Of a DNA stretch of 64,000 nt, positions 40,748-52,070 are shown one piece after another. The DNA comes from an uncultured Methanobrevibacter sp. (GTDB lineage: Archaea > Methanobacteriota > Methanobacteria > Methanobacteriales > Methanobacteriaceae). The translations under genes were made by a program, and so were the position numbers. Location: assembly GCA_902764015.1 (NCBI GenBank), contig CACWUH010000001.1, forward strand, positions 9,883 through 73,882, given 5' to 3'. The notes under the pieces are model-generated. The model saw only the letters and a list, made by a program, of their open reading frames with translations. It was not told the origin of the DNA and did no database searches. How positions within the stretch are numbered: the stretch's first letter is position 1; every line of letters starts with the position of its first letter.

Positions 40748-41830
40748 CTATAGATCATTTGGATCCGTTTTCAATAAGCATGATTTTCTAAGTTTCAATA
40801 ACGTTTTCTTTTTGGCTTTCAAATCTTCGACATCCTCAAGAATGCTTTGCAAAGGCTCTCTGATATATTCAACCGTTTCCTTTTGATGAAGCCAATGGCA
40901 ATTTGTGCAGTTCCATACTCCCTTGCCCTTTATCCACTCTCCGCCTGTTGCAGAATCTCCACATGGATAGAACGGACAATAGCAGAAGTCACAGTACTGG
41001 CCGTCCCAGTGGCAGGGATAGAATTCGCATTCACGGTTCGGTCCGTGTGGAACTTCTCCGTTGAGGAATTTCTCATAATGATTTTGTGATAACGGATGGA
41101 TTTTCGACCTGATTACATACCCCCTTGGCGTAACCAGCTTTCCGTCCTGAACATAGGTTATGTCATTTCCCACAATCAGCGTGCAGGACATGTTGACGAT
41201 GTCTTCTGTCAAATCCCCGGCCCTTACTATTGTGGCTTTTGGAGGCTCATAGGTGCTGTCTATGATGCCTATCAACACATCTTCACCCTTGATATCCAAG
41301 ACACATTGCATGAACCTTCTGAAGGGCTCCTTTCGTGTCTTGCTTATGGGATTGTAGATTGCAACAATAAGATTGGCCTCAAGGGCATATCTCAACTTTT
41401 TTTCTATTTCGGACAACGGAGTTAGGATATTGCTCAGGCTTATCGCCGCAAAATCGTGCAGGGGAGCGCCCAAATGGCTTGAAGCATAGTTTAAAGCTGA
41501 CACTCCGGGATAAACCTTAACTTCAACATCATCATATTTGCTCACTATCTGATACAATACGTTTGCCATTCCAAAGACCCCTGGGTCTCCGGAACTGATT
41601 AATGAAACGGTCTGGCCTTCCTGGGATTTTTTAATAGCAAACTCTGCTCTGGCTATCTCATCGCCCATTCCCTTTTTGACAACATCCTTTCCTTCAATCA
41701 AGTCTTCAATCTGCTCGATATACTTCTTATATCCTATTATGACGTCAGACTCTTCGATGGCCCTTATGGCCCCCAAAGTCATGTTGTCCCTATTCTGACC
41801 GATTCCTATAACATTAATCATTTGTATCAC
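40748..41830 (-). CDS. cbiH: Precorrin-3B C17-methyltransferase with Cys-rich C-terminal domain
   Basis: [31 protein letters not shown]; [18 protein letters not shown]. Confidence 0.9.
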   Translation of the reverse strand: MIQMINVIGIGQNRDNMTLGAIRAIEESDVIIGYKKYIEQIEDLIEGKDVVKKGMGDEIARAEFAIKKSQEGQTVSLISSGDPGVFGMANVLYQIVSKYDDVEVKVYPGVSALNYASSHLGAPLHDFAAISLSNILTPLSEIEKKLRYALEANLIVAIYNPISKTRKEPFRRFMQCVLDIKGEDVLIGIIDSTYEPPKATIVRAGDLTEDIVNMSCTLIVGNDITYVQDGKLVTPRGYVIRSKIHPLSQNHYEKFLNGEVPHGPNRECEFYPCHWDGQYCDFCYCPFYPCGDSATGGEWIKGKGVWNCTNCHWLHQKETVEYIREPLQSILEDVEDLKAKKKTLLKLRKSCLLKTDPNDL

Positions 41831-42327
41831 TAGTACAGTTTTAGAATAGATGTTATTGCAATTGTATCTTCGTCCACTCTCAGACCGTTTTCACCGTAAG
41901 TAGCCTGGCCTGTCGCCATGACCTTATAGGACGGCTGTTGGCTGATGACTATCTGTCCGGATGTTTGGCTTGGTGAAGCATAACCCAATGATTCGATGTT
42001 TACGGTAATGTTCTTGTTGCTGGTATCATCGAATGTCGTTATGTTCATCGAGTCCACATTGACCCCATCAACCTGCGACAACGATTCCATCTTCAGCGCA
42101 ACATCCTTCTTGTTTGTGATGTTGACCGGAGTCGGATCCTTGATTAGAGCATCATTGACCTTCTGCGGATTGAAGAACTCATTGATTTTTGAAATCTGCA
42201 TATCCACCAATCCATGGAAGTTAGGAGCTTCGGCTGTAACAATTGTGTATGAGCTGAACAGACCTAATTCAAAAAATGCGATGAATAACACTATTATCAG
42301 TATAACTCTAAGTATCTTACTTGCCAT
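41830..42327 (-). CDS. Membrane-anchored hypothetical protein
   Basis: N-terminal TM helix; abuts cbiH. Confidence 0.7.
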   Translation of the reverse strand: MASKILRVILIIVLFIAFFELGLFSSYTIVTAEAPNFHGLVDMQISKINEFFNPQKVNDALIKDPTPVNITNKKDVALKMESLSQVDGVNVDSMNITTFDDTSNKNITVNIESLGYASPSQTSGQIVISQQPSYKVMATGQATYGENGLRVDEDTIAITSILKLY

Positions 42328-42487
42328 TTTATCACAATCATAAATCTTTATAATATAGATTATTATAATATTTTAAATTTTATGTCTAATATATAATAAA
42401 CCTAACCCAAATTTGCAGGTTAAAATCAATAGTGACTTTTAAAATTCTCAAAGTTTATTAACATAGAAAAATAAATTTTCTATCAGT

Positions 42488-44218
42488 ATGTCAACTAATA
42501 AAATTCTATTAAAATTTGCAAAAAAAGGAATAAACCTATCACCTGAAGCTTATGACAAAGTCGTCAATGCAGAAAACCCTCTGGATTTTGCATCTAGTTT
42601 AATAGTTAAATTGAAAAGTGATAAGTTTACCTCAAAAGACCTGGTTTGCGTAAGCGGCGAAACCATTGATGAAATTACCGGTGTGAAAACTGCACCCGAA
42701 AGCGGTAATCAAGACACTTTGATTAAACCTGAAGAAAAGGAAACCAAAAAGACAGTTGATAAAACACCACAGCCACCAAAAAAGCTTTCAGATACAAAAA
42801 AAGAGCCACCTAAAAAGGCCATTAAGAAAAAAAGCGAACCGGCCGGTGAAAAAAAGGAAGTGAAAAAGGCCGATTCCATCGATGACCTTAAAAAGGAAAG
42901 CGATGAACCGAATTATGTTAACAAAATCATAAAGGAAGCATCCGAAACCATCAAAGACACAAATATTAAGTTCAAAAGAAATGAACAAAAAACCAATGTC
43001 GAATATGACTTCAAAATCATCCAAGATACAAGCAAGAAATCCTACACCAGCGGTGAGCTTGAAAACCTGATTTCATATTTCAAAAGCAGATATGAAAAAC
43101 TGGCAAATATCCTATCAAGAAGGCCGGAACTTAGAAACTATACAAAAATAGCCGATATCGATGACGGAATGGATAGCCTGAGCCTGATTCTGATGGTGCG
43201 TGAAATCAGATCCAGCAAGAATGGCCATAAAATCGTTGAATTTGAAGATGACACCGGAAACATTTCAATCCTATTTTCAAACAAAAACGAGGAGCTGTTT
43301 GCAGAAGCAGAAAAGCTTGTCAGAGATGAAGTGGTCGGAGTCATTGCAAACAAAAGCAGTGATGCGGGCTTTGCATTTGGCCAGCAAATCATAAATCCTG
43401 GAGTTTTAAGCATACCTGAAAAGAAAATGGATTTCGGTATTGTGTTCCTCTCAGACGTTCACATAGGAAGCTTGACCTTCCTGGAGGACGCATTCCAAAG
43501 ATTCATCGATTGGATTAACTGTGAAGCCGGAGACGAAGAGCAGAGAAGGGTTGCCGAAGACGTGAAATATCTGATTATCGGCGGAGATATTGTGGATGGT
43601 ATTGGTGTGTATCCAAATCAGGACAAGGAACTCGCAATCAAGGATATTACAGAGCAGTATAATGAGGCCGCCAGGTTTTTGGGCAATATCAGAAGCGACA
43701 TCAAAATAATCATTGCTCCTGGAAACCACGATGCATCAAGGGTTGCCGAGCCTCAGCCTGCCGTACCTGAAGAATATGCAAAGGCATTGTATGAACTTGA
43801 CAACGTCGAATTCATATCAAATCCAGGTGTAGTTTCCCTTGATGGAATCAACGTGCTTATCTATCACGGACGTAGCTTTGATGACTTGGTTATGGCCATC
43901 AAGAGCTTTGAATATGAAAGAAGCGATGAAATAATGATTGAACTATTGCAAAAAAGGCATTTGGCTCCAATCTATGGTGAAAGGACTCCATTGGCATCAG
44001 AACTCGAGGATTATCTTGTAATCGATGAAATCCCTGACGTATTCCATACAGGCCACATTCACATCAACAGCTACAAGAAATACAAAGGTGTTCATCTGAT
44101 CAATTCAGGTACGTTCCAGACTCAGACCGAGTTCCAGAAAATTTACAACATCAATCCAACTCCTGCTGAAGTTCCGGTTCTTCATAAAGGAAAGTATAGA
44201 CATTTCAAATTCTTATAG
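42488..44218 (+). CDS. DNA polymerase D small (proofreading) subunit DP1
   Basis: OB fold; [36 protein letters not shown] motifs. Confidence 0.95.
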   Translation: MSTNKILLKFAKKGINLSPEAYDKVVNAENPLDFASSLIVKLKSDKFTSKDLVCVSGETIDEITGVKTAPESGNQDTLIKPEEKETKKTVDKTPQPPKKLSDTKKEPPKKAIKKKSEPAGEKKEVKKADSIDDLKKESDEPNYVNKIIKEASETIKDTNIKFKRNEQKTNVEYDFKIIQDTSKKSYTSGELENLISYFKSRYEKLANILSRRPELRNYTKIADIDDGMDSLSLILMVREIRSSKNGHKIVEFEDDTGNISILFSNKNEELFAEAEKLVRDEVVGVIANKSSDAGFAFGQQIINPGVLSIPEKKMDFGIVFLSDVHIGSLTFLEDAFQRFIDWINCEAGDEEQRRVAEDVKYLIIGGDIVDGIGVYPNQDKELAIKDITEQYNEAARFLGNIRSDIKIIIAPGNHDASRVAEPQPAVPEEYAKALYELDNVEFISNPGVVSLDGINVLIYHGRSFDDLVMAIKSFEYERSDEIMIELLQKRHLAPIYGERTPLASELEDYLVIDEIPDVFHTGHIHINSYKKYKGVHLINSGTFQTQTEFQKIYNINPTPAEVPVLHKGKYRHFKFL

Positions 44219-44229
44219 AGGTTATTTTA

Positions 44230-44805
44230 ATGGAAAAAAATATTGATGAAATCATTGAAGTTTCAAATGAAATCTACGATAAAGGGCTGGTTTCCGGAAA
44301 ATCGGGAAACATCAGTGCACGATTCGGAAATGTGATAGCCATCACTCCGACATTGAAATCATTATCCAACTTATCTGAGAAGGATATAGTTCTTGTTGAC
44401 ATGAACGGCAATGTCCTAACCAAAGGAAAGCCTTCCTCTGAAGTCAATATGCATCTGGAAATATATAAAAAGAGATCTGATGTGAATGCCATCGTGCATA
44501 CCCACTCGCCTTACGCAACTGGATTTGCATTTTCAGACAAGAAGCTCAAAAGGCTTGAAGGTTTCGGGCCTATCGTAACGCCCTACCTACAGTCCATCGA
44601 ATATGAAAGGCCTGGAAGCGATGAGCTTGCAAAAAGTGCAGGTGAAGGTCTTGGAAATGAAGATGTGCTGATTTTAAAGAATCATGGTGTGATTTGTGTT
44701 GCTGACTGTCTAAAAGAAGCTATGCTGCTTGCAGTTTTTGTTGAAGAGACTGCAAAAACTCAATTCATAACATTGATGTTGAATTCAGCTGAAGATGTTG
44801 ATTAA
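44230..44805 (+). CDS. fucA: Class II aldolase (L-fuculose-phosphate aldolase-like)
   Basis: SGNISAR, PSSE..MH, HTHSPYA, NHG motifs. Confidence 0.85.
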   Translation: MEKNIDEIIEVSNEIYDKGLVSGKSGNISARFGNVIAITPTLKSLSNLSEKDIVLVDMNGNVLTKGKPSSEVNMHLEIYKKRSDVNAIVHTHSPYATGFAFSDKKLKRLEGFGPIVTPYLQSIEYERPGSDELAKSAGEGLGNEDVLILKNHGVICVADCLKEAMLLAVFVEETAKTQFITLMLNSAEDVD

Positions 44806-44969
44806 TCTTCATCTGAAATTACATCTGCTTTGTTTCTGTTTTTCATTCCTTCTTCAATCATCTTAATGATTAAACCGGATAATGAAGTTTCTTCATCGAT
44901 TGCCATTTTCTTTAATTCTTTTTTTAAATCTTTAGGTAGGTTTATTGTAGTTTTGCTTATATCTGACAT
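44802..44969 (-). CDS. 55-aa ribbon-helix-helix (CopG-like) protein
   Basis: MSDISKTTINLPKDLKKELKKMAIDEETSLSGLIIKMIEEG; TATA box at ~44993-45000. Confidence 0.75.
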   Translation of the reverse strand: MSDISKTTINLPKDLKKELKKMAIDEETSLSGLIIKMIEEGMKNRNKADVISDED

Positions 44970-45114
44970 GTATAATAATTCATTTTAATTAAATATAAAT
45001 TTTTCTAAAAAATATATTTCGATTACCAAAAACTATTTAAATCCATTACAAACAAATATTATCTTAATAGTTATTTTTACTTATTTTAATTATTTTATTT
45101 TGGAGGGAGAATAA

Positions 45115-45363
45115 ATGAGTAATCAAGCAATAGATGAAGTATGTGAAATTCTTGACTATATTTCAGATAATAACACTGTTCCCCGCAACATCAGGGAAGC
45201 AGCTAATCAGTCTTGTGATTTATTAAAAGATGATGAGCAAGACCAATCCATAAGAATAAGTACAGTTTTAGGAAAATTAGATGAAATCAGCAATGATCCT
45301 AACATTCCTGTACACGCAAGAACTTTAATTTGGGAAGTTCTATCTAAATTAGAAGCAATCTAA
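45115..45363 (+). CDS. UPF0147 family protein
   Basis: VPRNIR..A, LDEISNDPNIP.HART.IW motifs. Confidence 0.88.
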   Translation: MSNQAIDEVCEILDYISDNNTVPRNIREAANQSCDLLKDDEQDQSIRISTVLGKLDEISNDPNIPVHARTLIWEVLSKLEAI

Positions 45364-45383
45364 TTTAGTTTTTTACTATTTTT

Positions 45384-46400
45384 TTAACATTTTGAAACGG
45401 CAACCGCTATCGTCACGCCATCATAAGAAGTTTTTTTATAAATCAGTTTAGAATCGAATCCTGCCATTATCAGTGCTGACGGTTCGCTGACGCCATAGAT
45501 TCCAAACTTTGAGAAAACAAATTCTGATTTTGAAACATCATTTGACTCGAATAACCTCAGTTTATCCATATCAACAAACTCAACCGGGATATCCATCTTT
45601 TCTGAGAGTTCTAAAATGCCCTTTTCATCCTTTTTGATTTCGGCCGATGCCAACAGATTAACCCTTGACGGCAAGATCCTCAACTCATCCAAGGATTCCT
45701 TAAGGCCATGATGTATAAATTCACATTCCTTTCCGCGCCTGCATCCTATTCCGACGACCACCTTTCTTTCCCTCAACACCATCCTATGTTCATCAAGACA
45801 TACTTGTATCTCATCCATATCGACTTTTGATGAATAGTATATTGAAACGTTTATTTCAAGTGTAACGTTGTTGAGATACTCGAAGAGATACTCGAAATCC
45901 TTGTTCGGATTGACGGTGAGCGAAATCTCACGACCTTCCAAAATGGCCTTGTTGAAGTGTAGAATCTCCTTTGCATCATCGATTGACAGGTATAGGTCAT
46001 GTGCCAGAACGTCTATTCCAAGCTTGTTGTTGACATCCGTTGAGGTTGTTATGACAGGTGTAGCATCAATCAAACTGGCAATCTTATTTGTCAATTCATT
46101 TGCACCTCCCAAATGACCGGATAAGGTTGATATCACAAACTTTCCATTGTCGTCGATGTTTATGACTGCAGGGTCTGTCAACTTTGATTCGACCAATGGT
46201 GCAATTGATCTGATGAGTATTCCCGAAGCCATTATTGCAATAATCGCATCATATTCATAAAACAGGATTGGAAAGCACTCTTTAACATTTTTATGAAATA
46301 AATCACATCTGATTATTGTCGAATCCAGGTCCATTTCAGTCTTTAGATTAAATGCCAATTCTTGGCCCTTGTCCGATACGGAAATTATTGCAATCTTCAT
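45384..46400 (-). CDS. cbiG: Cobalt-precorrin-5A hydrolase
   Basis: DPAV, LSGHLGGAN, GIGCRRG, GVSEPSA motifs. Confidence 0.92.
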   Translation of the reverse strand: MKIAIISVSDKGQELAFNLKTEMDLDSTIIRCDLFHKNVKECFPILFYEYDAIIAIMASGILIRSIAPLVESKLTDPAVINIDDNGKFVISTLSGHLGGANELTNKIASLIDATPVITTSTDVNNKLGIDVLAHDLYLSIDDAKEILHFNKAILEGREISLTVNPNKDFEYLFEYLNNVTLEINVSIYYSSKVDMDEIQVCLDEHRMVLRERKVVVGIGCRRGKECEFIHHGLKESLDELRILPSRVNLLASAEIKKDEKGILELSEKMDIPVEFVDMDKLRLFESNDVSKSEFVFSKFGIYGVSEPSALIMAGFDSKLIYKKTSYDGVTIAVAVSKC

Positions 46401-47434
46401 AATATCACATATATTAGAGTAAATAAAAAGACAATCGCTATCGTGAAGAGGCCGATTGCCACACTTGATAGCCTGACGGCTTTTGAAATGTCATCTTTTG
46501 TTATATCTTTATTGTCGTCACCTAAAATATAGGTATCCTTTTTAATCAGCTGGATGTTCAATGCTCCGGCGGCAGTTGCCATGGTGTAACCCGAGTTTGG
46601 TGACGGGCATTTTCTGGCATCCCTCATCATGATTCTGTAGGCATTGCCGGCATCCAAATTCAGGAGATATGCGGAAACGACCATGAACAGTCCCGCAATC
46701 CTTGATGGAATAAAATTCAGAATGTCATCTATTTTGGCCGGGAAATAGCCGATGTTAATCAGTTCATCACTTTTATAGCCAAGCATGGCATCAAGAGTGT
46801 TTGAAACCCTGTATATCATTGGAACAAGCAACAAGTAAAACAGCTGATTGTCAATCGGATGGATTAAAATCACAACTCCAAAAATGAAATAGTAAAAGAC
46901 AGGTGCAACATATGAATCAGTTATGTTTTCAGTAAGGCTTTCTATCGTTGCTGAAACTATGAATGATTCGGTAAGCTCATCAGTGTCTCGGCTCACCAGG
47001 TATGACACCAGCTGCCTTGCCTTTCCTATATCCTCATCAAGTGCATCCTTCACATCACGTGCTGTTTTCAAAAGCATGTTTACGGAAAATGTCGATGACA
47101 GCAATATTGAAAATATTATAAATAATAAAATAAAATTATAACTAATAATTAAATAAATAATATATAAAATAATAATAACAACACAACACACTCCCAAAAC
47201 GACAAGCAGTCCAGATATCCTGTTTTTGATGCCTATGAACAGTTTTTTAAAGAAATTAATAATTGATCCCATTATTACAACAGGATGTATTTTCACCGGA
47301 AGCTCACCGATGAGCATGTCAATCAGCAATGACAATATCAAAGCAAATATAATAAACAAAAACAATTCTAATGACGTAATACTGTTTATTTTTGTATGTA
47401 TTATATCATTAAGTAAGGTATTATATTCTATCAT
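46397..47434 (-). CDS. cbiB: Adenosylcobinamide-phosphate synthase CbiB/CobD
   Basis: HPVV, VSRDT, ENITD, NTLDAMLGY, DDILNFIPSR, SPNSG motifs. Confidence 0.92.
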   Translation of the reverse strand: MIEYNTLLNDIIHTKINSITSLELFLFIIFALILSLLIDMLIGELPVKIHPVVIMGSIINFFKKLFIGIKNRISGLLVVLGVCCVVIIILYIIYLIISYNFILLFIIFSILLSSTFSVNMLLKTARDVKDALDEDIGKARQLVSYLVSRDTDELTESFIVSATIESLTENITDSYVAPVFYYFIFGVVILIHPIDNQLFYLLLVPMIYRVSNTLDAMLGYKSDELINIGYFPAKIDDILNFIPSRIAGLFMVVSAYLLNLDAGNAYRIMMRDARKCPSPNSGYTMATAAGALNIQLIKKDTYILGDDNKDITKDDISKAVRLSSVAIGLFTIAIVFLFTLIYVIL

Positions 47435-47499
47435 TAGTTTAATTTATATAATTAAAAAATAAATAATTTATTATAAATTTTTCAATTAAAGATGATATT

Positions 47500-47982
47500 A
47501 TGAGTCTCGAAGAAAATGTAAGAGAATGGTTATCCGAAGAGGATTTGTTGAGAGAAGTCAAATATGATGAAAATGCCGATTTTCACTATATTATAGAATT
47601 TCCAAAGGAAAACATCATGGATGTTGTTAAGCCTGCAGGCAAGGACTGTCTGATTATGGCATGCGCCACTCAAGTTGCGCCTCAGCATTTGGACTTGATG
47701 AGGCAATCCGACATCAAGGTACAGAAAGACTTTATCATGGACTTGAACTTCGGCTTGAATAACTTTTTGGTTGATTTCGAGCTTCAGGTCGCAAATGATA
47801 TTCTGCAGCAGTTTGTCATTACCGAACAGATTTTTGAGGATGGCATAACGAAAAATGAAATGTTCAGAACTCTAAAGCGTATTTTCAAGGCCAAGCTGCA
47901 CTGCATTTGGCTGATTGACAAAACTTTCGGATCAATCCAAATCAACATCACTCCTTCCAATGAGAACGACATGTTCATCTAG
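47500..47982 (+). CDS. Conserved archaeal hypothetical protein (DUF2299-like)
   Basis: I/VREWL.EE start and IFEDGITKN..F motif. Confidence 0.6.
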   Translation: MSLEENVREWLSEEDLLREVKYDENADFHYIIEFPKENIMDVVKPAGKDCLIMACATQVAPQHLDLMRQSDIKVQKDFIMDLNFGLNNFLVDFELQVANDILQQFVITEQIFEDGITKNEMFRTLKRIFKAKLHCIWLIDKTFGSIQINITPSNENDMFI

Positions 47983-48545
47983 AGAGGGAGGGGTGTGTTT
48001 CAAGTGAAACGATTTCGTTGATATTGTAAGACTGAAGGGGTCTATTTCAACTGTAACACTTGAAACCTATCTTTTATTTTATCGCTTGTTTTCCTGATTT
48101 TCCATATTAATTTTTCCTTATTTTGAAATTCAACGTTGATTCACTATTTTTTACACTTGAAATTCATGTCTTCATTTTGGGCTTTTTGGCAAAAATGCTT
48201 ACACTTGAAATGCACCTCTCTGTCTTTGTGATGAATCGTGACAGTTTTTTCAATGTTGATGTCCTATTGCCGATTCGCCAACTGTGAATTCATATTTTTT
48301 TGAGATATTTACACTTGAAATCATTATCTTTTATTTGAAATAACACTATTTCACATTTAAAATTCAAAAGCCTTAAATTGAATATTTTTATATTTGAAAA
48401 TCATAAATCTATCTTTTTTGGATAATAATGATATTTAATCAGTAAAATTTGATTTAAATGATTTTGGATAAAATAAATTCCTGACATTTTTCAATTGTTA
48501 ATACAATTTTTGAAACTTGTAATAAAAACCTTTATTTATTAGGTG
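47983..48545. other. Probable replication origin (oriC): mini-ORB cluster plus AT-rich unwinding region upstream of cdc6
   Basis: TTACACTTGAAAT at 48151, 48199 and 48309; inverted variants with G-strings at ~47983-48010 and ~48035-48065; AT-rich 48325-48545. Confidence 0.85.
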
Positions 48546-48617
48546 TTTTATATTATTATCACTGGAAATTACACTAACTACATTTTTGTTATTGACTTAT
48601 TTTTTATAGGTGGGAAG

Positions 48618-49784
48618 ATGGCGAATATTTTTGAGGACGAGAAACTTTTTTCAAACAGACGGAAAAATCAGATATTTAAAAACAAGAAACCTTTGGATCA
48701 CAGATTTTTACCTGAAAAATTGGTGCATAGGGATGCACAAATCAGGGAAATCGCAAAAAATTGGGTCGATGTATTGGACAATGTGACCCCATCAAACGTT
48801 ACATTATACGGTAAGACAGGAACAGGAAAAACGGCCGCATCCAAATTTGCACGTGAACAGCTCATCGAAGCTGCAGACAATGAAAACATTTTTGTAAGAA
48901 TCGAATATATCAGATGCACAGACTTCACAACCGAATACCAGGTTATTGCCGAGCTGTGTAACAGGTTGGGGCGTGATGTTCCAAGCCGTGGATGGACCAA
49001 AGCTGAGGTTGTAAATGCATTTAGAAGCCTCTTCAGGACAAATGCCTTCGGCAAAAAGCTGCAGCTGATAGTCATTTTGGATGAAATAGATATTCTACTT
49101 GATAAGGACGGCGACGGAATACTTTACACTCTAACCAGGACAGACAATGTTGCTGTACTGTCAATCAGTAACTATCTCGACTTCAAGAATCTCATCAAGT
49201 CAAGGGTTACCAGCAGCCTCAACGATAAGGAAATTGTTTTCCCGCCTTACGGTGCAGACCAATTGTCCGATATTCTATCCGAAAGGGCCGAACTGTCATT
49301 CAATGACGATGTGCTGAATGAAGATGTAATTCCGTTGTGCTCTGCAATGGCTGCAAAAGAAGAGGGCGATGCAAGATATGCATTGGACCTTTTGAAAAAT
49401 GCCGGAGAACTGGCATTTGATGAGGCCTGCGAAAATGTAACTACCAATCACGTAAAAAGAGCTAAAGAAAGAATAGAGCACAATAAGGTCAGTGAAATCC
49501 TCTCCACCCTTCCACTTCAGCAGCAAAGGCTTCTGTTAGCCATATTAACATTGACAAAACAGAAAGAGGAAATAACATCCGGAAAGCTTTACGAATCATA
49601 CACTGAAATCTCCAAAAAGGATGCGGTGACCTACAGAAGAATATTCGATTTCATAAACGAGTTAGAACTGCTTGGTATAATTTCTACAAACACCGTTTCA
49701 CGTGGCCGTGGAAAAGGTAGAACAAATATAATAAAGCTTCAATGTGATGAAACTTTACTTGAAACAACTCTATACTCTATTTAG
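48618..49784 (+). CDS. cdc6: Orc1/Cdc6 replication initiator
   Basis: [28 protein letters not shown], winged-helix GRGKGRT. Confidence 0.96.
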   Translation: MANIFEDEKLFSNRRKNQIFKNKKPLDHRFLPEKLVHRDAQIREIAKNWVDVLDNVTPSNVTLYGKTGTGKTAASKFAREQLIEAADNENIFVRIEYIRCTDFTTEYQVIAELCNRLGRDVPSRGWTKAEVVNAFRSLFRTNAFGKKLQLIVILDEIDILLDKDGDGILYTLTRTDNVAVLSISNYLDFKNLIKSRVTSSLNDKEIVFPPYGADQLSDILSERAELSFNDDVLNEDVIPLCSAMAAKEEGDARYALDLLKNAGELAFDEACENVTTNHVKRAKERIEHNKVSEILSTLPLQQQRLLLAILTLTKQKEEITSGKLYESYTEISKKDAVTYRRIFDFINELELLGIISTNTVSRGRGKGRTNIIKLQCDETLLETTLYSI

Positions 49785-50712
49785 GGTTGTTTTTTATTAA
49801 TGTATTTAAAATCGCCATCCTTACAGGTACTGCATTTGCCGCCTGGGTGAAATACTTGTTGTACTTGGTGTCGTCGACATCGCCTGCGATTTCATCGATT
49901 CTTGGCAGCGGATGCATTACAATCAAATCCTTTCCTTCCAGCATATTCTTATTGACAATATATGCCCCTTTTATTTTCAGGTAATCGTCAATGTCGACAA
50001 AGCGCTCTTTTTGTATTCTGGTTACATATAAGACGTCGACGTCATCGATGATGGATTCAATGCTGTCCACTTCCTCATATTCGACATTTGTCTTGTTCAA
50101 ATCGAGGAGGATTTCCTGAGGCATCCTGAGCTCTGGAGGGGATACCAGATATATTTTGATGTTTTTAAACAGACACAATGCATTTGCCAGGGAATGTACC
50201 GTACGGCCAAATTTCAAATCGCCGATTAACGCAATGTTTAAGTTATCGATTGATCCGATTTCGTTTCTTATCGTGTATAGGTCAAGCAGTGTCTGTGTCG
50301 GGTGCTGGCCTGCACCGTCTCCCGCATTGATAACTGGAACGTCCACGATGTCTGATATGAATTTTGAAACACCTTCAAGCTCGTGTCTTATTACAAGAGC
50401 ATCGCTGTATCCTTCAAACATCTTGGCGGTGTCTGCAATGCTTTCACCTTTTGAAACGGAACTTGATCCGCTGCTTGCAAACCCGATGCACTCTCCATTT
50501 AAGCGTTTCATCGCTGTTTCGAAGGATATTCTTGTCCTTGTTGATGGTTCAAAAAACATCAAACCCAGAACCTTTCCCTTCAGTTCATCTGACACGGCCC
50601 TTGATTGAGCAATATCTTCCAGTTTGGAAGCCTCATCAAGAATGTATTCTATATCTTCCCTTTCAAAGTCTTTAATTGAAATAATGTTTTTCAGTTTGAA
50701 AATTTTAACCAC
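49777..50712 (-). CDS. pyrB: Aspartate carbamoyltransferase
   Basis: [32 protein letters not shown] motifs. Confidence 0.97.
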   Translation of the reverse strand: MVKIFKLKNIISIKDFEREDIEYILDEASKLEDIAQSRAVSDELKGKVLGLMFFEPSTRTRISFETAMKRLNGECIGFASSGSSSVSKGESIADTAKMFEGYSDALVIRHELEGVSKFISDIVDVPVINAGDGAGQHPTQTLLDLYTIRNEIGSIDNLNIALIGDLKFGRTVHSLANALCLFKNIKIYLVSPPELRMPQEILLDLNKTNVEYEEVDSIESIIDDVDVLYVTRIQKERFVDIDDYLKIKGAYIVNKNMLEGKDLIVMHPLPRIDEIAGDVDDTKYNKYFTQAANAVPVRMAILNTLIKNNPK

Positions 50713-50717
50713 CTTTT

Positions 50718-51581
50718 CTATATGATCCTTTCAATCGGCACAACCAGAATGTCACGGGCACCGGCATTTCTCAAGTCGTTGACGAGTTCAAAGACTTCCT
50801 TTTCATCAATCACTGCCTGTGCGGCAACGGTCTTTTTGTCGGACAGCACTTCAGAAATTGTAAGCCCGCCCATTGAAGGCATGACCTCTTTCACTTTGCC
50901 TAAATCCTCTTCGTCAACGTTCATCATGATAAGCTTTTTCCTGTCAGCGTCAAGCACACCCTTTATGCTTGTGCTTACAGCCTCAATCAAGTCCTTTTTC
51001 TCTTTTAGGCTGTCATGATTTGCAATGAGCTTGATGGAACTTTCGAGTATGACATCGATGATTTCGAGATGATTCATCTTGAGTGTGGTTCCGGTGCTTG
51101 TCAAGTCGGTAATCAAATCCGCAAGTCCTATGAAAGGGGCGGCTTCGGTTGATCCGCTCAATTTGACGATTTTCAAATCCAGGCCTTTCTCCTGCAGATA
51201 CTTTCTGGTTAAAACCGGAAATTCTGTTGCCACCTTCATGTCTTGGGTAATGTCATCTATGGAATTGATGTCTGATTCTTCGGGAGCCGCCATTACCAGC
51301 TTTGTCTGGCCGAACCTTAGGTCAAGCAGTTCACTGACATTCGCTTCGTTTTCCCTAATCAGGTCCACACCGGTTATTCCCATGTCCGCCACTCCGTCGT
51401 TGACGAATTCCGGTATGTCGGATGCCCTTGCAAACATCACTTCTATGTTTTCGTTGAATGTCTTAGAAATAAGTTTACGATTGCTTTTGTCTATTAATCC
51501 CAGTCCTGCCTTTTCCAGGATGTTTATTGATGGTTCGCTTATTCTTCCTTTGGATGGAACCGCAATTTTAATTTTCATCAT
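50718..51581 (-). CDS. hisG: ATP phosphoribosyltransferase (long form)
   Basis: PSKGR, RASDIP, GSTEAAP, DLTSTGTTL motifs. Confidence 0.96.
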   Translation of the reverse strand: MMKIKIAVPSKGRISEPSINILEKAGLGLIDKSNRKLISKTFNENIEVMFARASDIPEFVNDGVADMGITGVDLIRENEANVSELLDLRFGQTKLVMAAPEESDINSIDDITQDMKVATEFPVLTRKYLQEKGLDLKIVKLSGSTEAAPFIGLADLITDLTSTGTTLKMNHLEIIDVILESSIKLIANHDSLKEKKDLIEAVSTSIKGVLDADRKKLIMMNVDEEDLGKVKEVMPSMGGLTISEVLSDKKTVAAQAVIDEKEVFELVNDLRNAGARDILVVPIERII

Positions 51582-51819
51582 ATCTTCTCAAATTTTTTTT
51601 ATCTGATAATATTATTTAAATATTGTTATTAATATCTTTATTGGATATTATAAAATATTAATACTTTTGTTTTTTTGAATTTGGAAATTTTTAATATTCA
51701 TTTTTAAATTATGGCATAATTTAGCGAAATATTTAAATATTAAGATAGATTATATCTTATTTAACTTATTATTAGTTGTTAATAATAAGTTTTAACAGAA
51801 TTTATGTGAGGTGAAAAAT

Positions 51820-52026
51820 ATGTCTGAAATACCAAAAGCTCCTATCGCAAGAATCATCAAAGAGTCCGGTGCAGAAAGAGTCAGCGAAGACGCAAAAGTT
51901 GCATTAGCTGAATACTTAGAAGAAGTAGCTCGTGATGTTGCTAAAGAAGCAAACAACGTTGCTAAAATCGCAAAACGTAAAACTGTTAAAGCAGATGATA
52001 TTAAATTAGCTATCAAAAATTTATAA
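51820..52026 (+). CDS. Archaeal histone (HMf family)
   Basis: [20 protein letters not shown]...[11 protein letters not shown]. Confidence 0.95.
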   Translation: MSEIPKAPIARIIKESGAERVSEDAKVALAEYLEEVARDVAKEANNVAKIAKRKTVKADDIKLAIKNL

Positions 52027-52070
52027 ATAGTTTTTAGCTAACTTTTTTTTATTTTTTTTAAGGTGTTATC

